Assembly (NCBI GenBank): GCA_965215605.1 | Contig: OZ244070.1 | Coordinates: 2,464,001 to 2,528,000, forward strand | Direction: 5' to 3' | DNA: 64,000 bases | From: an uncultured Candidatus Binatia bacterium | Lineage (GTDB): Bacteria; Desulfobacterota; Binatia; UBA9968; JAJDTQ01 | Shown: positions 61,960 to 64,000 of the stretch, in pieces | How the letters are laid out: every line of letters starts with the position of its first letter | Position numbering within the stretch: the stretch's first letter is position 1 | Notes under the pieces: generated by a model | Told to the model about the DNA's origin: nothing | The model's database searches: none | What the model saw: the letters and a program-made list of their open reading frames with translations, nothing else | Made by a program: the position numbers and the translations under genes

Positions 61960-63642
61960 ATGCGTGATGAGTCAACGGTCGGCGAGCTCGGCAGGGTAGC
62001 CCGGGCGACGGGGGTCGTCGGTTCCCTGACTTTCCTGAGCCGCCTGTCAGGTCTGGCCCGGGATATCGTCATCGGGTATCTGCTGGGGGCGCGAAGCGCC
62101 GCCGATGCGTTCTTCGTCGCCTTTCGGATACCGAACCTGTTGCGGCGCCTCACGGCGGAAGGGGCGCTTTCCGCGGGTTTCGTGCCGGTCCTTTCCGACT
62201 ACCTGACCAACCGTGGCCGCCGGGAGGCCATCGAGGCAAGCGGTGTGATCGTGACCTTCGCGGTCCTGTTCCTGGTCCTCCTGACCGTGGCGGGCTTGCT
62301 CTTCCCCGGCCCCCTGACCCGCCTGTTCGCGCCCGGATTCGCGGCAACGCCGGAGAAGTTCTCCCTCACCGTGCGGCTGGTGCAAGTCATGTTCCCGAGT
62401 ATTTTCTTCGTCAGCCTCGTGGCGCTTGCCATGGGATACCTGAACACCTTTCGTCACTTCGTGGCCCCGGCCGTGGCGCCGGTGCTGCTCAATCTTTCGA
62501 TCATCGCGGCGGCTTTCCTGCTCATGCCGTTGCTGTCCCAGCCCGTCATGGCCCTGGCCTGCGGCGTCCTGCTCGGGAGCATGGCGCAACTCTTGCTGCA
62601 GCTACCCTTCCTCCGGCGTCACGGGTTCTCCTGGCGCCCGCGCCTGGACTTCCGCGACGCGGCGCTGATCCGGTTTCTTCGGCTCATGGGGCCCGCGGTC
62701 ATCGGCGCCGCCGTCTACCAGCTGAACGTGCTCGTCAGCACCATCCTTGCCTCGCTGCTGGAGCCGGGCAGCGTTTCGTACCTCTACTACGCCGACCGCC
62801 TGCTGCAGTTTCCGCTGGGGGTCTTTGCCGTCGCCCTGGGCACCGCCGCGTTGCCGAGCTTCTCCGCGCTGGCGGCGCGTGGGGACATCTCCGGGCTGAG
62901 GACGACGTTGTGCTACTCGCTCCGGATGGTGAACTTCATCTCCCTTCCGGCCGCCCTCGGACTGATGGTCATCGCGGTGCCGGCATTCTCCCTGCTGTTC
63001 CAGCGGGGTGCCTTCGAGGCCGCCGACGTGCTCGCCAGCGCCCGCGCGTTGGTCTTTCTCGCGCTGGGCCTGTGGGCGGTCTCGGCATCGCGCGTGCTCG
63101 TTCCCATGTTCCATGCCATGCAGGATACCCGCACGCCGGTGCGGGTGGCATTCTGGACGTTCCTTTTGAATCTGCTGCTGAGCCTGGCGTTGATGGGGCC
63201 CGTGAACGTTTCGGCGGGGTCCAATACGTTCGTTCTGACGGTCGCGGCACTGGGGCAGGGTATCGGGGTGCTGAGCCTGTCCTATGCGGGGTTGGCGCTG
63301 GCCAACTCCCTGTCCGCCACGTTTCAGTTCGCCGCGCTCATGTGGCTCGTCACGCGCCGGCTCGGAGGCTTTCAGTGGCGCGAGTATCTCTCGTCGCTGT
63401 GGCGAAACCTCACCGCCGCGGCGGTGATGGCTGGCCCGCTGTTGTTACTGGCGAGACGGTTGAACTGGGATACGGGTACACTGGCTGCTCAGGCGATCGG
63501 CTTCGTCGCGTTGGTGGCAGCCGGAATGGTGCTCTATGGGTTGGCCGCGAGGTTGGCGGGGAGCCCGGATTGGCCCTTGGCCCGTAACATGGCAACCGCT
63601 CTCTTGCGGCGTCTTCCCGCCCGGGCGAACGACGTAACGTAA
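61960..63642 (+). CDS. murJ: Lipid II flippase MurJ
   Basis: SRLSGLARD, ADAFFVAFRIPNLLRRLTAEGA, YYADRLLQFPLG, DTRTPV. Confidence 0.95.
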   Translation: MRDESTVGELGRVARATGVVGSLTFLSRLSGLARDIVIGYLLGARSAADAFFVAFRIPNLLRRLTAEGALSAGFVPVLSDYLTNRGRREAIEASGVIVTFAVLFLVLLTVAGLLFPGPLTRLFAPGFAATPEKFSLTVRLVQVMFPSIFFVSLVALAMGYLNTFRHFVAPAVAPVLLNLSIIAAAFLLMPLLSQPVMALACGVLLGSMAQLLLQLPFLRRHGFSWRPRLDFRDAALIRFLRLMGPAVIGAAVYQLNVLVSTILASLLEPGSVSYLYYADRLLQFPLGVFAVALGTAALPSFSALAARGDISGLRTTLCYSLRMVNFISLPAALGLMVIAVPAFSLLFQRGAFEAADVLASARALVFLALGLWAVSASRVLVPMFHAMQDTRTPVRVAFWTFLLNLLLSLALMGPVNVSAGSNTFVLTVAALGQGIGVLSLSYAGLALANSLSATFQFAALMWLVTRRLGGFQWREYLSSLWRNLTAAAVMAGPLLLLARRLNWDTGTLAAQAIGFVALVAAGMVLYGLAARLAGSPDWPLARNMATALLRRLPARANDVT

Positions 63643-63679
63643 CGCCCCGCGGCGCCACGTTACGTCGTTCGACGGAATG

Positions 63680-64000
63680 CTACTTGGTCATGGATTTTTC
63701 GAACATGGCCTCGGCCTTGGCGGCGGCCTTCTCGGCCTTCTCCGCGGCGGCTTCGGCCCGTGCGGCGGCGTCGCCCGCCTTGCCCGCGGCGGCTTCGGCC
63801 CGTGCGGCGGCGTCGCCCGCGCTCTTGGTCGAGTCGCCCGCGCTCTTGGCGGCGGCTTCCGCCGTGCCGGTGGCGCTGTTCACAGCCTGGACATCGACCT
63901 TGAGGTCGTCGTGCCCGTGCGGCTGACCCGCGCACCCGCCTAACAGGGCGACGATCCCCATGCATACGGCCGATCGTACGAGGACTTTCTTGTAGTTGGT
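63680..64000 (-). CDS. Alanine-zipper (Lpp/OprI-like) lipoprotein, start beyond window end
   Basis: Frame is open to the window edge: TNYKKVLVRSAVCMGIVALLGGC lipobox, Ala-rich heptads, ends MFEKSMTK. Confidence 0.75.
   Translation of the reverse strand, partial: TNYKKVLVRSAVCMGIVALLGGCAGQPHGHDDLKVDVQAVNSATGTAEAAAKSAGDSTKSAGDAAARAEAAAGKAGDAAARAEAAAEKAEKAAAKAEAMFEKSMTK
63742..63820. repeat. 42-bp-period tandem duplication inside the alanine-zipper gene
   Basis: 37-bp identical block at 63742-63778 and 63784-63820, encoding AGDAAARAEAAA twice. Confidence 0.8.

Overview
GC-rich, densely coding chromosomal segment. The gene order (yebC-ruvCAB, yceD-rpmF-plsX-fabD-fabG-acpP, glyA-nrdR-rib-nusB, leuS-lptE, rpsT/murJ) resembles deltaproteobacterial-type Gram-negative genomes; this taxonomy is inferred, not shown. 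The first ~38 kb is mostly transport and catabolism: the 5' part of a large RecQ-family helicase, a FitA-like/PIN toxin-antitoxin pair, a TRAP transporter, MFS pumps, a sirtuin, two molybdo-hydroxylases, ilvD, clpSA, acnA and a split CoA-transferase/MaoC/acyl-CoA dehydrogenase/CitE-like lyase set resembling itaconate catabolism. The last ~26 kb is housekeeping. The most striking observation is an NtrY-like sensor kinase followed by one ORF in which an intact NtrX-type receiver domain is fused to a complete LpxC deacetylase, suggesting two-component control acting directly on lipid A synthesis. Other oddities: a tandem AT-rich palindrome after clpA, a PIN toxin with an unusually long partner inside the riboflavin operon, a ruvC lacking a canonical start, a RibBA with a degenerate RibB half, a triad-less HtrA-like protein, an uncharacterised membrane/HhH/YHYH operon and dispersed REP-like palindromes. 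No tRNA, rRNA, CRISPR array, integrase or transposase was recognised. All product calls are from motif recognition by eye; no database search was run.
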